Source: Folioceros fuciformis
Taxonomy: Eukaryota
DNA: 36,601 bases
Direction: 5' to 3'
Assembly (NCBI GenBank): GCA_049999805.1
Contig: JBNGIO010004149.1
Span: 1 to 36,601 of the forward strand
The notes under the pieces were generated by a model. That model had not been told where the DNA came from, made no database searches, and worked only from the letters and a program-made list of their open reading frames with translations. Shown here one piece after another: positions 24,468 to 35,353 of the stretch; the stretch's first letter is position 1, and every line of letters starts with the position of its first letter. The translations under genes and the position numbers were made by a program.

Positions 24468-26197
24468 GCAAAACAACACTGCAGGCTGGGCTCGTGTACC
24501 ATAGCAGCAGATCTCTCTATCTGGTGCAGCAGCTTTCTCTGTTTCTTGTATTCTTTTTATTTTCACGTCGGATACGCGGATGCGGGGGCTGATAAAGCAG
24601 CCCGCTCCACCGCCTTTCAATCGCAGCTGTGCAGCAGCGGAAGGTGGCTCTGCTCTTGCCTCCCGCTGCACAGTTGCAGGATTGAACGGCATAGTTGGTA
24701 AGCCCAACATTTGAAAGTAGCTGAGGTGGTAATTAGCCACCCGCTGTGTTCCGTAGCGAAAGAAGGTTGAATAGGGAAAACTCCTATTTGCACTTGGGTT
24801 GTGTCTGCGAAGTGAGATTGGCTTCTTGCCATCCCTTCCAGGGACCCAAGCGCTCTTATTGTATCAGCCCTCAATATGAGCTGTGCATCTTCATGTGCCC
24901 TAGTCTTCGTAATGCAAAGTGTTTGTGGCTTCATGGACATTTCAGAATACGTCAAGACTCTCCCTCCAGTGCGGTACGCTGAGCTGCATTTTCTTCCAAA
25001 AGTCCGGTGACCGGCTTCACGAATTCGATTCCCTCAATCAATCAATCTTGCACATCGTCTTTCTTTGGCTGATGGTTACCAACTGAAATTTCCGTCCCGA
25101 CAAAGTGCGTCCGACGATTGCGTTGAGTAGATCGTCTGCTTCAGTTTCGTGCAGTCGTGCATGTCCGTTTCTGCCTCTGCAACTGAGTTTCAAGTGTGAA
25201 CGTGCTGTATTCTACAATAGATGGATTGCTAACCAGGGGCGTGCCCGGACCCAACTTGTGCGTGTTATTACGGAGTTGGTTGTACTGGTTGCCAAAACTG
25301 ACACAAAGAGAAGCATCAGAAAACAACATCGGGGAGGGAATCTCGTGTGCAGTCCCCGAGCCGGTGTACATAAGCATGACCTGATCTGACCGGCCCTCTC
25401 ACCTGTCCTGACCGGCCCGGTCCGGTCCGGTCCGGCCCGGCCCTCTGGTTTCCTCTTCTGCTCCCCTCTTGTGCTGCTGCACAAGTCTCGCCAAGCCTGA
25501 GGCATGATCGGAATGTGACGAATGTGCGCACCTCACGCACCTGCAGCCTTGCACCTTTTCCTTCTTTCCCGAGGTAAAGAGGAAAAGCTGAACGTGATGT
25601 CATGTTGTACCACCACCGGTTGTCGTTGCCTGGGCTCTGGGTTACACTGTTACAGAGGGAGCAGATGAGCGAGTGGAACACAAGCATTGGGCGTTGGGCA
25701 GGTTGACAGCGTTTTTCTCTTTTGGCACGAGTTGGACTACGCTTACAAGGACTTCGAAGGCTCATGTGCAATTGGCATAATATTTGATTTTGATAGAAAA
25801 GGAACTCGTCCATGTAGAGCAGGAGCAGAATTTTAGATCCAACTCCGAGTAGTCTATCTATTTTACACAGAAAACTGCTGTCTAGACTGAGGCCCGACTT
25901 TAGCATCCGTGGTGTAGCGCAGAGGGTGGCAATTGCTGCATACAAATCACCTCTTCTGCGACCCAACACACAACTGAGCTATGACCTCCTGTGTCAAAAC
26001 CAAGTACCCTGATGAGAGGCTATCCTTTAACGGCGCTCCCATCTACATACTTCTCAGTCAGTACCTTTAACCATGATACATGCCTTACCCCTATTGCATT
26101 GGGCAGAAGGCTATCAGACACAAAGCTGGAAGATCCATAAAATTACACCGGCTGCAGACCAATTTGAACGAAAGGGACGGAGGTGAAGGAGGAGCCT

Positions 26198-27307
26198 TCA
26201 AAATTGGGCTCCGGAAAAGGTCTGCCCAAAGTTCCAGCTAGTGGGTGTGACGTCGTAGGAAATGAGGGTGCCGCCACTGGTGGTGACTTGGAAGGAGAGG
26301 CTCTGGCCGTTGAGGTAGGAGTTGCTCTGCCAGTTCTGGCCCCAGTTCCTCGTCATCGCCTCCCATCCGGTTCTAGAGCCCTTGACGGAAACAGCATGCA
26401 CGTCTCCTGCTCCTCCCACGTTGGTGACGAGCACCAAGTTGAAGTAGGCATGACCATTGATTGTGAACTGGATGCCCCCCTTCTTCACACACGAAACTCT
26501 GCACATGGAGCATTGCAGTGGAAACGTCACGCCACGAGTTCACGACCCAGGGCTGCAGATGCCACTAAAGCAGTGTGGTGCGCTCAGCATAGCCCGCGGT
26601 GGCCTCTCACCTTCTGTAGTTAACGGGAACGATGCCGGCCACTTGCTCTGCAATATCCAAGAAAGCAGGCACGGACATGTCGAAGTGCTGGAGAGGCATG
26701 TTGCACCAGCCCCCAGCGTCGTTGGGGAGAGCGGGATTCGGAGGGCAGAAATTGGTGGCAGTGATCGTGATGGGGGCAGATCCCTTGCACCACTTGGAGC
26801 CAGTGCATTGGATCTGGAAGCAGGCCCCGCAGGAGGCTCCATTGTTGTACAGCGCTGTGCTCAGAGCTGCTGTGCTGGTTCCGTAGCCCCGGTCGTACAG
26901 GTTTCCGTATCCACATGAGCCCCCTGCAATTCCAATCAGCTGGCCAGATCAGAACCTCTGCTTCGAAATTGGAAGCAAAGCGGACAGAAGAGAAGGCGTT
27001 CGATCGGTTGCTGCGTACCCAGTGTCCCAGACGCGTCGTTGCCTCCGTAGAATGTAGCATGAGCAGTTGACCAGCCAGCGCCTCCAGAATAGCCGCCAAC
27101 ACCACCACCGCCAGAGCTGCCACCATTCTTCTGGACACTTGCAGATTTGTGGTGCCCGCCTCCACCTTTGTGGTGACCGCCTCCCGCTTTGTGGTGCCCA
27201 ACTGTTGCTCCGTGTTTTCCTTTCGCGAGAACGAGTTGGCAAGATGGAAGTAGGAACAAGAACACCACCAATGCCGTCGAGCTCGATCTCTGCAGACGCA
27301 ATGCCAT
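26198..27307 (-). CDS. EXPA: Alpha-expansin (gene 4) with His/Gly/Lys linker; exons 27307-27019, 26923-26611, 26498-26198 (300 aa)
   Basis: Hydrophobic signal ([17 protein letters not shown]); [58 protein letters not shown] introns; spliced length 903 nt is in frame. Confidence 0.96.
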
Positions 27308-28279
27308 TTCTCACGGAAGCGAGGAGGGACGGAAGGGTGCTGACCCTGCTGGTCTTGCCGGTGCTGCAGATGCTGCTGCTCCTGCCTGCTGGGCTCAATC
27401 AACTGTGACTCTGAAGAGAAGGAACTGCAGCTGGAGATAGTGGAGATCAATCTCCACCACAACGATGCACAGAAAAGAGAAAATGGTGGCCGAAATCTGC
27501 ATCACAAGCAGGTGGGTGCTCAAGATGTGGTGAGAGGCGCGGGGGAGAGGCGAGTCAGGGCAGGCCAGAGAGCTGCACTGCGCAGGTCGAGGAGGCAAAG
27601 AAAGCAGGTCAGATGTTTGAATGAGTGCAGAGAGGCTAGGATTGCAGGCAATTTATGTGGCATGCCCGACGATTTGAAACAGTCGTGTGACGTTACCAGT
27701 GCCTCATTCACCACTGGTTGTGCTGGTGATGGAGGAGGGAGGAGAACCAGGAGAGCGCGAGCGCCACAATCATCCGGTGAGAACGGAGACCTGCATTAAA
27801 CTCGTTTCAATTTGTCAGAGAAGCAATAGTTTGATGTACAAGCTGGTAGACGGGGAGCCAAAAGCGGGCTTGCTTGCTTGCATCCAAAACTCGGTTGGCA
27901 GTCACCACATCAGGACATCTCCACTCAGTTACCCGGGCCTTCTTGGACAACATTCAATGCAAGTCAGTGTCTGTCTCTGAACGGGCCCACAAAATGGGTT
28001 TTCTAAGCTCCCTGCACGACACCCCCCTTTAACGGGTGTCAGAGCACATCCGAAATTTTGCATATTATTGCTCCTCACACATGGCCGGTCTGACACCAGT
28101 TCTCTCTCTTGTTCTTTGTCGAATCTCCCAAGCCTGACCTAACGCTCACCAGATGAAACTTCTATAGCATCCCATACATCTCTGTGACGCTTGCACGTAA
28201 GAGGAGATATATGTCTGCAAATTCCCAAGCATGATCCTTTTAACACAGTCCCTGATTCCAGATTAGAGCAACAGCTAAC

Positions 28280-28388
28280 AAAACTGTTGCAGGACATGCT
28301 CTTAAAACTGTTGCAGGACATGCTCTCAAGACTGTTGCACGACATGCTCTCAAAACTGTTGCAGGACATTCTCTCAAGACTGTTGCAG
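28280..28388. repeat. 24-bp minisatellite, ~4.5 copies
   Basis: Unit AA(A/G)ACTGTTGCAGGACATGCTCT(C/T) starting at 28280, 28304, 28328, 28352, 28376. Confidence 0.95.
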
Positions 28389-30348
28389 AAAGAGATTTCC
28401 CAGCTTTGCTGATTTACAAATTGCAAGACGTGGAACTTTACATTCTATCCTATCTTTGCTGCCAAGCCAAGCTGGCTTCTGGCTCAATGTTTTTACAACT
28501 GGCCCGATCACGTTCCCATGACAGTTGAAGGCGACTGGAGTGTCGGAGACCAAGCAGACAGCTTCAGTGATGGCACTATGGCTCAGATTCATATCTTTGC
28601 ACCAGGGCCTGGGCAGCCACAGGCTCCCTGCGGCCCAGTCTGGGCTCCATAAGGATAACCTTTTCTGGAAACCAGTTGCCATGCAGAAGGCTCTGTAGCC
28701 ACAAGAGCTACTGCACAAAGCAAGGAGGGCCCCGGGCCTCTCAGCTGCACTCATCGGTACAGTGTCCCCCAGTTACCAGTTTGGGTGCAGTACAACTCCC
28801 ATCACGGCCCTACAATCCGTTGTGAGGTTGCTCTGCAGGCCACCGCCCAGGGCTTCGCCGCAAAAGGACAAGGACAAGAGTACAGGATGCCGAAACCCCG
28901 CCTTCCGGGCCTGCTGCCTGCAAAGCCCCCATGTAAGACAAGTAAGAAGAGTAGAGCAACCATACAAACAGAAAGATACTGCAAGTTTCATCATCTCTGC
29001 TTCGTAAAGCTGTTCGTGCTGTCATTTGCATCTGGCCAAGTACGCGCACAGCTCTGCAAGCCTTGTTGGGTGATGGTGGGATTGGAACTCGAAGGTCCTC
29101 GATTCCCATCGGCCACCAGAGTAGGAATTCGAAATTCAAGGCACCGTCAGGATGACGAAAGCAGAGCCAATTTCACCATCACCCGGTGCCAGTCATGGGA
29201 CGTAGTGAGAGCACAACTTTCCAAGTGCGGCTCTGCCTACCGTGACGCCGTGCAACGGAACGGCTCTTTGAGGCCATCACATGGGCAGGCATGCTGCGCA
29301 TGGATGAGATACATAGGCGGGGGTGTCCGGGAAGTTCGAAACCGCGACAGCGACAGGTAGCGCCATCGATCACATGGTCCCACTCCTCTCTCGCACTTGT
29401 AACCGCGGCTGAATAGCGGCCTTTCGCACAAGCACGCACGCACCCAGCACAGGGCACTGCCCTTTCAAACAGACTGCTAGGATACCTGGATCATGGTGCA
29501 CTGGGTAGCGTCCACATGGGGTGTGGTGAGTCCACTAGCAATGCTCGCACAGGACGAGCAGCAGCACATGAGAGATTCACGCTTCCGCAAGCTTGCCAGC
29601 TTCCAGCTGATGGCAGCTTATTCCAGGACCCACCCAGCTCCGCACATGCATAAGCTTGCTAGCCATGTACATGCAGTGCCATGTCGTAACCTCCATGGCT
29701 GATCCTCGCCGTGGTTCACAATTTCACTCTCCTCTCCACTACCATTCGCAGCCCATCCAGAATTCCAGACGGGATGGATCCTTCGTGTTCTGTCCCTCAA
29801 TCTTCTCGGGACGCGAGCTCCAATTTGATACGCTGGCCACAGATTCCACGGTTACACCTAAGGTTCCTCCAACTTGTGAAATTTGTGACTGCCAATCAGG
29901 GACAGCCAGGGCCCGCTCATGTGGAGACTAGACTGGTCCTGGCCATCCATGGCATAGGGTGGTTGTTCTTGTTGAACCTGTTGTAGTCACAGTGGTTAGC
30001 TAGGGTGGTGTCACATGCTTTATCCTCCTGTCGTGTCGTGGGCCCTTGAACCCACTGTGACACAGTGCAGGTCAGCCTGGCTAGAGTTTTGAACCTCACA
30101 AACTTGTGTAGACGACCAGATCGTACTGACCCGGCACAGTCTCTAACGTACAGTCACAGAGCCGTCTTCTGCGAATGCCGATGCCGTGACATCTCCGTCC
30201 GGACCAGTGTCCTCGCTCGCTCGTCAACACCAAATTGTGATTCTCGTGATCCAGGAGACTGCAGGTCACGACACGCAGTCGAGAGCGTTGTAGGATTAAC
30301 GCCGTCAGTCTCTGTGTTTTCTCTGCCGTCTGATGTCTGATCCCGATT

Positions 30349-30378
30349 CTGCGCCTGCGCCTGCGCCTGCGCCTGCGC
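30349..30378. repeat. (CTGCGC)5 microsatellite
   Basis: Read directly from the sequence. Confidence 0.95.
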
Positions 30379-32346
30379 CAGCTCCTGCTCCTACCGCTGT
30401 GCGTCTGATTCTCATCAGAGAACCATAGCAAGACGCGCTCTTGTGCCAATATCGCCCACAATTGGTCCATCTGGTGGTTGGCAGTTGGACCCGAGTCCCC
30501 AGGCCCGGACACTGACGGAGCTGACCGCCCTGGTTCGAACCACAGTTCCGAGGAAGTTGGTGGTGTCGTCACAGGAGAAAAGAGTGAAACCCGTTAGAAC
30601 AAGGCACACATACTGCGATTGGGAATGGGAAAGGGATCTCTGCTACTCGAGGTTTCCAGGCTTCGCACGAACTTGGCATTCAAAAGAGGCACGCCTGCCC
30701 TCTGTCTTACCATTGGTGTGGTTGGTGGCTTGTTTGTGTTTTCATTACTCAGTCGTGAAACGTCTCATGTCGGTGGTTGGATACGTTTTTAGGCACTTCA
30801 AGGATACTGATATCCTTATCGCTCTGGAGCAGAGCTGCAGGCCAATCTGAAGTCTCGGTTTTCCCAAGATGACAGGACCCAGATGCTGTTCTAGGAGCAG
30901 CATGAGAAACAGCTGCCCGGCAAAAGCTTCGAAGCCTTGGGTGGGTCTTCTGATCCATGCACCTACCACCTGCTCAGGGTTCCACATGGAAAGAGCCGAC
31001 ATCTCACATCCCACTCTAGGAAGTACAGGCTGCACAATTCCTGAGCCTATAAGGACCGTGCCAAGGCAGTGCTCTCCTTTTTAGATGTGCTCACCAGAGG
31101 CTGATATGTCTTTTATGTACTTCTGTCTGCACGTCTACATCACTCACTCAGACGATGACAGGCGAGAAAGACGGGAGCTAGCTCTCCTCCTGTCGCTGTA
31201 TCATGGTGGTAGAGGCTTCCCAACGAGTCTTAAGTGGACCCAAGGCTGGGCTTGGAAGAAATTAACACTGTAGAGGAAGAGAAGAGACTGTGTCGGAAAG
31301 GTCTGATATGGAAGCGGTGGAAAACTTATTGCCAATGCATTGGCAAGTAGCTTTCAGTTTGTGAGAATGCGTAAGATATAGATTTGAGGGAACCAAGAAT
31401 GATAGGAGGGCGACCTCATCAATGCAGACAAGCATGTCCGATGCGCATGTTACGCATGATAGGAAGCTTGACTCAGGGCCGATAATGCTGCAAACACTAC
31501 TCGCTGAATAGGATAAGGGGTTTGTGAGCCCCAAGTCCAAAGCTGGACCTCTGCAACGCAGACAAGAGGCAGGCATGCCGTAAGTTAGGCATATGATTGG
31601 AAGCTGTCCAAAGAGCCAGATGATGCATGGAGGGCACGTGTGAACAGAGGGTTTCTGAGGTCCTCAGCTCGGAAAGCTCATCCTCTTCCTCCTGTGCTGG
31701 TACCGGTCACATGATGTGCGCATCTCCGGGACGGCCATGAGTGGCTTGTCATTGTCACATGATGCGGGCCGCAGTGCTGCACCCCGCAACTGCACTGCTG
31801 AGTCTGCATTTGCAAAATATTGCTGCTTGTCAAAAGGAAGAACAGGCATGATCCGTTGATATCCCCAAGCGTACGTGCAATTGCTCCGGGTGTGATATCG
31901 TTCCCTGCCGCAAGGGTGGGGACAGCTCGGAATTCCACTGTGGGCAGGCTTGGAAATTTATGCATGGTGGCCTCCTGCTGTTGTCACGATCACGTGCAAG
32001 GAGCAAGCGTCGAGCATTGATGCAGGCGGGGCCTGCAAGCTGGAGGGTGCGCTGCTACAGTGAGAGTCACCTGCAGACACGGGTTCCCAAGCAAGGGCAC
32101 CCTGCACCTGGAAGGCGGCAATTAGATGAATTGCAGCCTCTCGACTTGAGAATCAGATTCGAGAGAAAGAATGTCTGCGCGTTGTGCTGTAGCACTTGGC
32201 AGGCGTTGAAGACTAAACCCATGTGAGCCTGCAGGCCAGTTGTCGAACTGTGCGCGCATGCGATTCTAAATCCGGGCGCACCTCTCGATGGGTTTTTGTT
32301 TTGTCTCCCTGTCTCTGTTGATTCTGCCTCTGAACCTTGAGGAACG

Positions 32347-33586
32347 TTCTGGGTCTCGGAGGTGATGGGTCAAACCTCTCATTTCTATCACTGTGCCACT
32401 GCGAGCATACATCTACAGGTGACCTCATGCCGGCTCCTACAGGTGGCTCCTGTAGCCTGAGGCTAAGCAACAACAGTAATCCAGAGACTGATAAAAGACA
32501 AACACGGCCAGCATTTGAATCTTAATAAGGTGAGATTGCGAAAACGTGATCAACGGATGTTGATCATGCGGTCTCACTGATGAATGTCCACTGAATCCAA
32601 CCTGTTGGAAAGCTGACACACTTTTAATTGAAAGGGAGATCCGGAAGGCAGGACCAACGGAGTTTCCTTAACGGCAGGATGTTGCCCGACGAGCCTCGAG
32701 CTTGACGATCTTCTCTGCCCTCAGGCGATCCTGCACTGGGAGAAGGCAGCAACGAACTCGCTTTATTCGGGCATCGATTTGGAAGGAGGAAATTCTCTCT
32801 CCTCATTTGGCACGCCCATGGCGGTCTGCTTTTCGATTGTACAGGCCTGGCAAGGCCATGTCGTGGCTGGTTCCCATGTGCGCAAAGGTCAGGGGTTCTT
32901 GATGATGGTATTGGTGTGCGTGTGTTGGTCCCATGCTTCTCCAGCCGATGTACAAGAGTATTGTGGGAAGGTCAGCTTCCAGGTGGTGCGATGGAGACAG
33001 ACTGGTGATATAAGTGAAGCATGTATACATCTGAGCCGTTGCGGAGGATTGCTGCCCAGATCTGACGAGGAGCAAGAAATTCAGCTCCAGCATTCAGAGG
33101 GATGGCTAGTAGTTTCTCGTAGTGGCGTGGCAACGTTTGGCGGGTTGGCAACCAGATATGTGGTCTCAGGTGAGGGCGCCGGACAGGCTACCAAACTATG
33201 TAGACAGTTCAGCTTGCGGAAAGATCTTGTCGCCTCACCTGCTATAAAAAGAATCTATGCAAATGGGCTTAGTCGCTAGTCAAGGTGTATGTATATTAGC
33301 TGTCTACAAGCTTGCAGTTGGCCCTCAAAGTTTCCTGTTAGAATCTGATGCACAGCCGGAGTTCCCCCAATCACATGTAGCCTGTATGCTCAACTACTTC
33401 AGCTCCTTGACGAGCATGAGATCTGTAACCACTTGAGCGCCACCTTTATAGTTAACCGATCAGTAAGTTGGTTCAGCAGAGGGTAAAAACAGAATATAGA
33501 GCTTTTCCACAAAGGTTGTTCAGATGCAACTCTGACAGGGCTGGTTGAATTTCTGATGGCATGGATAGGGTCTGCTTTACGAAACT
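32347..33586 (+). repeat. Local duplication, copy 1 (CpG-retaining)
   Basis: Collinear homology with 34443-35353, e.g. GTGACCTCATGCC.GCTCCTACA, CCAGCATTTGAATC, TGTGTTGGTCCCATG, TCACATGTAGCCTG. Confidence 0.9.
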
Positions 33587-34643
33587 ATGCTGGTGCAAGC
33601 TGGAAAGATGGAGCACACCACTGTTTATGTCAATGTGGAAGCGATAGGTGAGCATCACTGCACGTTGTCCGTTTGACTGATCCACAATAGAGATCTCAAT
33701 AAGGTGTGCGGAAATATTGCCACAGGCCCAGACTTTCTCTTTGAATGTGAATTGCTAGGCAGGGATGCCTTTCTTGCAGGCTGTACCTTTCACAGAAAGA
33801 ACTCATTGCTCAAGAGTCATGGCCAAGAGAAAGTTACGGCCCCAAAAGTCGCAGGAGAAAGCCCACAAACAGGACGCACCTAGGGACATCGTTAGAACTG
33901 TTTGGGTAGACAATCAACACACAGTGCGCACTGGTTGTGGTACTGATGACTCTGGCACCGCTTCCCAAGCATTGACTACTACAGAAAGCATAAATCTCGT
34001 TAGCCCTGCACAGACTGCAAAGAGGACAGACTTTTGACTCGAAGAGCTGGAAAGCCAACAACATCTCCAGTTAGGCATCCTCACCACCTCCCACATCTCA
34101 TCCTGCATGATCAATCGAACTGGCACTTCAGAAAGATGCCGCGATCAAAGCCATGATCGTCAGGGCGTTCGGTGGGGGGAGATGTTCGCCATCGTGGCCG
34201 TCATAAAACAAACAGCCTGAGCCTTGTTCCGATTGGACGAATCCCCTCTCCGCATTTATACGCGCACAGACTTCCAGCTTTATTCCCAACGAACCCATGG
34301 CCGTGTATGCAAAAATGATATCATCTGTAGTGGAAATAAGCAAATTTGCTACACAAAGTCTCTTATAAGGAGTAGCACCAACGTAAACCCTGGCTTGCTG
34401 TTCAAGACGCTTAGAAATTCAAGTCTCAAAGGCTTTTTTCAATTTTAGGTCTTGAAAGTGATCAATCAAACTTTTGATGTAGGTCTTTGAGCCACTATGA
34501 TCATATATATACAAGTGACCTCATGCCAGCTCCTACAAGAGTCACTTGCACAAGGCAAAGCAACAAAAATCCAGAAACTAGTAAAAGACAAACACAACCA
34601 GCATTTGAATCCTACTATGGGCAGATTAGCAAAGTGTGATCAA

Positions 34644-34687
34644 TGGATGTTGATCATGTGGTTTTTAAACCACATGATCAACATCCA
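34644..34687. repeat. Perfect inverted repeat, 21-bp arms, 2-nt spacer
   Basis: TGGATGTTGATCATGTGGTTT-TT-AAACCACATGATCAACATCCA. Confidence 0.97.
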
Positions 34688-35229
34688 ACGTGTTGGAAAG
34701 CTAACAAACTTTTAATTAAGAGGGAGATCCAAAAGGCAGGAGTAACAACAAATCCTTAACGGTAAAATGTTGCCATACAAGCCTGGAGCTTGATTTTCAT
34801 CTCTACCTTCAAAAGCTTCTACCCTAAAAGAAGGCAAAAAATGAACTCACTTTAATTGGGCATCGATTTCGAAGTTGTCTCTCCTCATTTGACATGCCCA
34901 TAACCAACTACTTTTCGAGTGTACGGCCTTGCCAAAGCCATGTCATGGTTGGTTCCCATTTGTACAAAGGTCAAGGGTTCTTAATGGTGGTACTCATGTG
35001 CATGTGTTGGTCCCATGTTTCTCCAGCCATTGCACAAGAGTAGTATGGAAGGTTATCTTCTATGTTGTACCATGGAAACAAATTAGTGATAGAAGTTTTA
35101 ACTTATATTACCGATCGTACATGCTTAAAAGCATGTTCCCTAGTCACATGTAGCCTGAATATGATGCTCGTGTAGAAGCTGAAATAGTTGTCAACGAGCA
35201 TATAACTCAACTGAATTCAGCAAAAAGGC

Positions 35230-35324
35230 ACAACAATTGAACTTTTCCACAAGTGTCATTTAAATGCAACTAGCTCTACCAGAATTGCATTTAAATGACA
35301 TTTGTGGAAAAGTTCAATTGTTGT
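35230..35324. repeat. Inverted repeat, 40-bp arms (1 mismatch), 15-nt loop
   Basis: ACAACAATTGAACTTTTCCACAAGTGTCATTTAAATGCAA ... TTGCATTTAAATGACATTTGTGGAAAAGTTCAATTGTTGT. Confidence 0.97.
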
Positions 35325-35353
35325 AGCATGGATAGAGTTTACTTTGTGAACCT

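Larger units (their letters stand above)
34443..35353 (+). repeat. Local duplication, copy 2 (deaminated, internally deleted, interrupted by the copia LTR)
   Basis: Same blocks as copy 1 with many C>T/G>A changes; homology stops at the LTR edge (35354). Confidence 0.9.

Noticed and set aside
25316-25969. 217-aa minus-strand ORF between genes 3 and 4
   Set aside because: Non-ATG start, no recognisable motif, crosses a CCGGT microsatellite.
9954-27307. Bacterial or fungal expansin-like (EXLX) or beta-expansin identity
   Set aside because: Spliceosomal introns at EXPA positions, the CP..GGWCN insertion, HFD and the conserved Cys/Trp pattern all indicate plant alpha-expansins.
28280-28388. Repeat array as CRISPR
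   Set aside because: Head-to-tail units without unique spacers, no cas genes, eukaryotic context.
30096-30572. ORF with poly-Arg
   Set aside because: The poly-Arg is simply the (CTGCGC)5 microsatellite.
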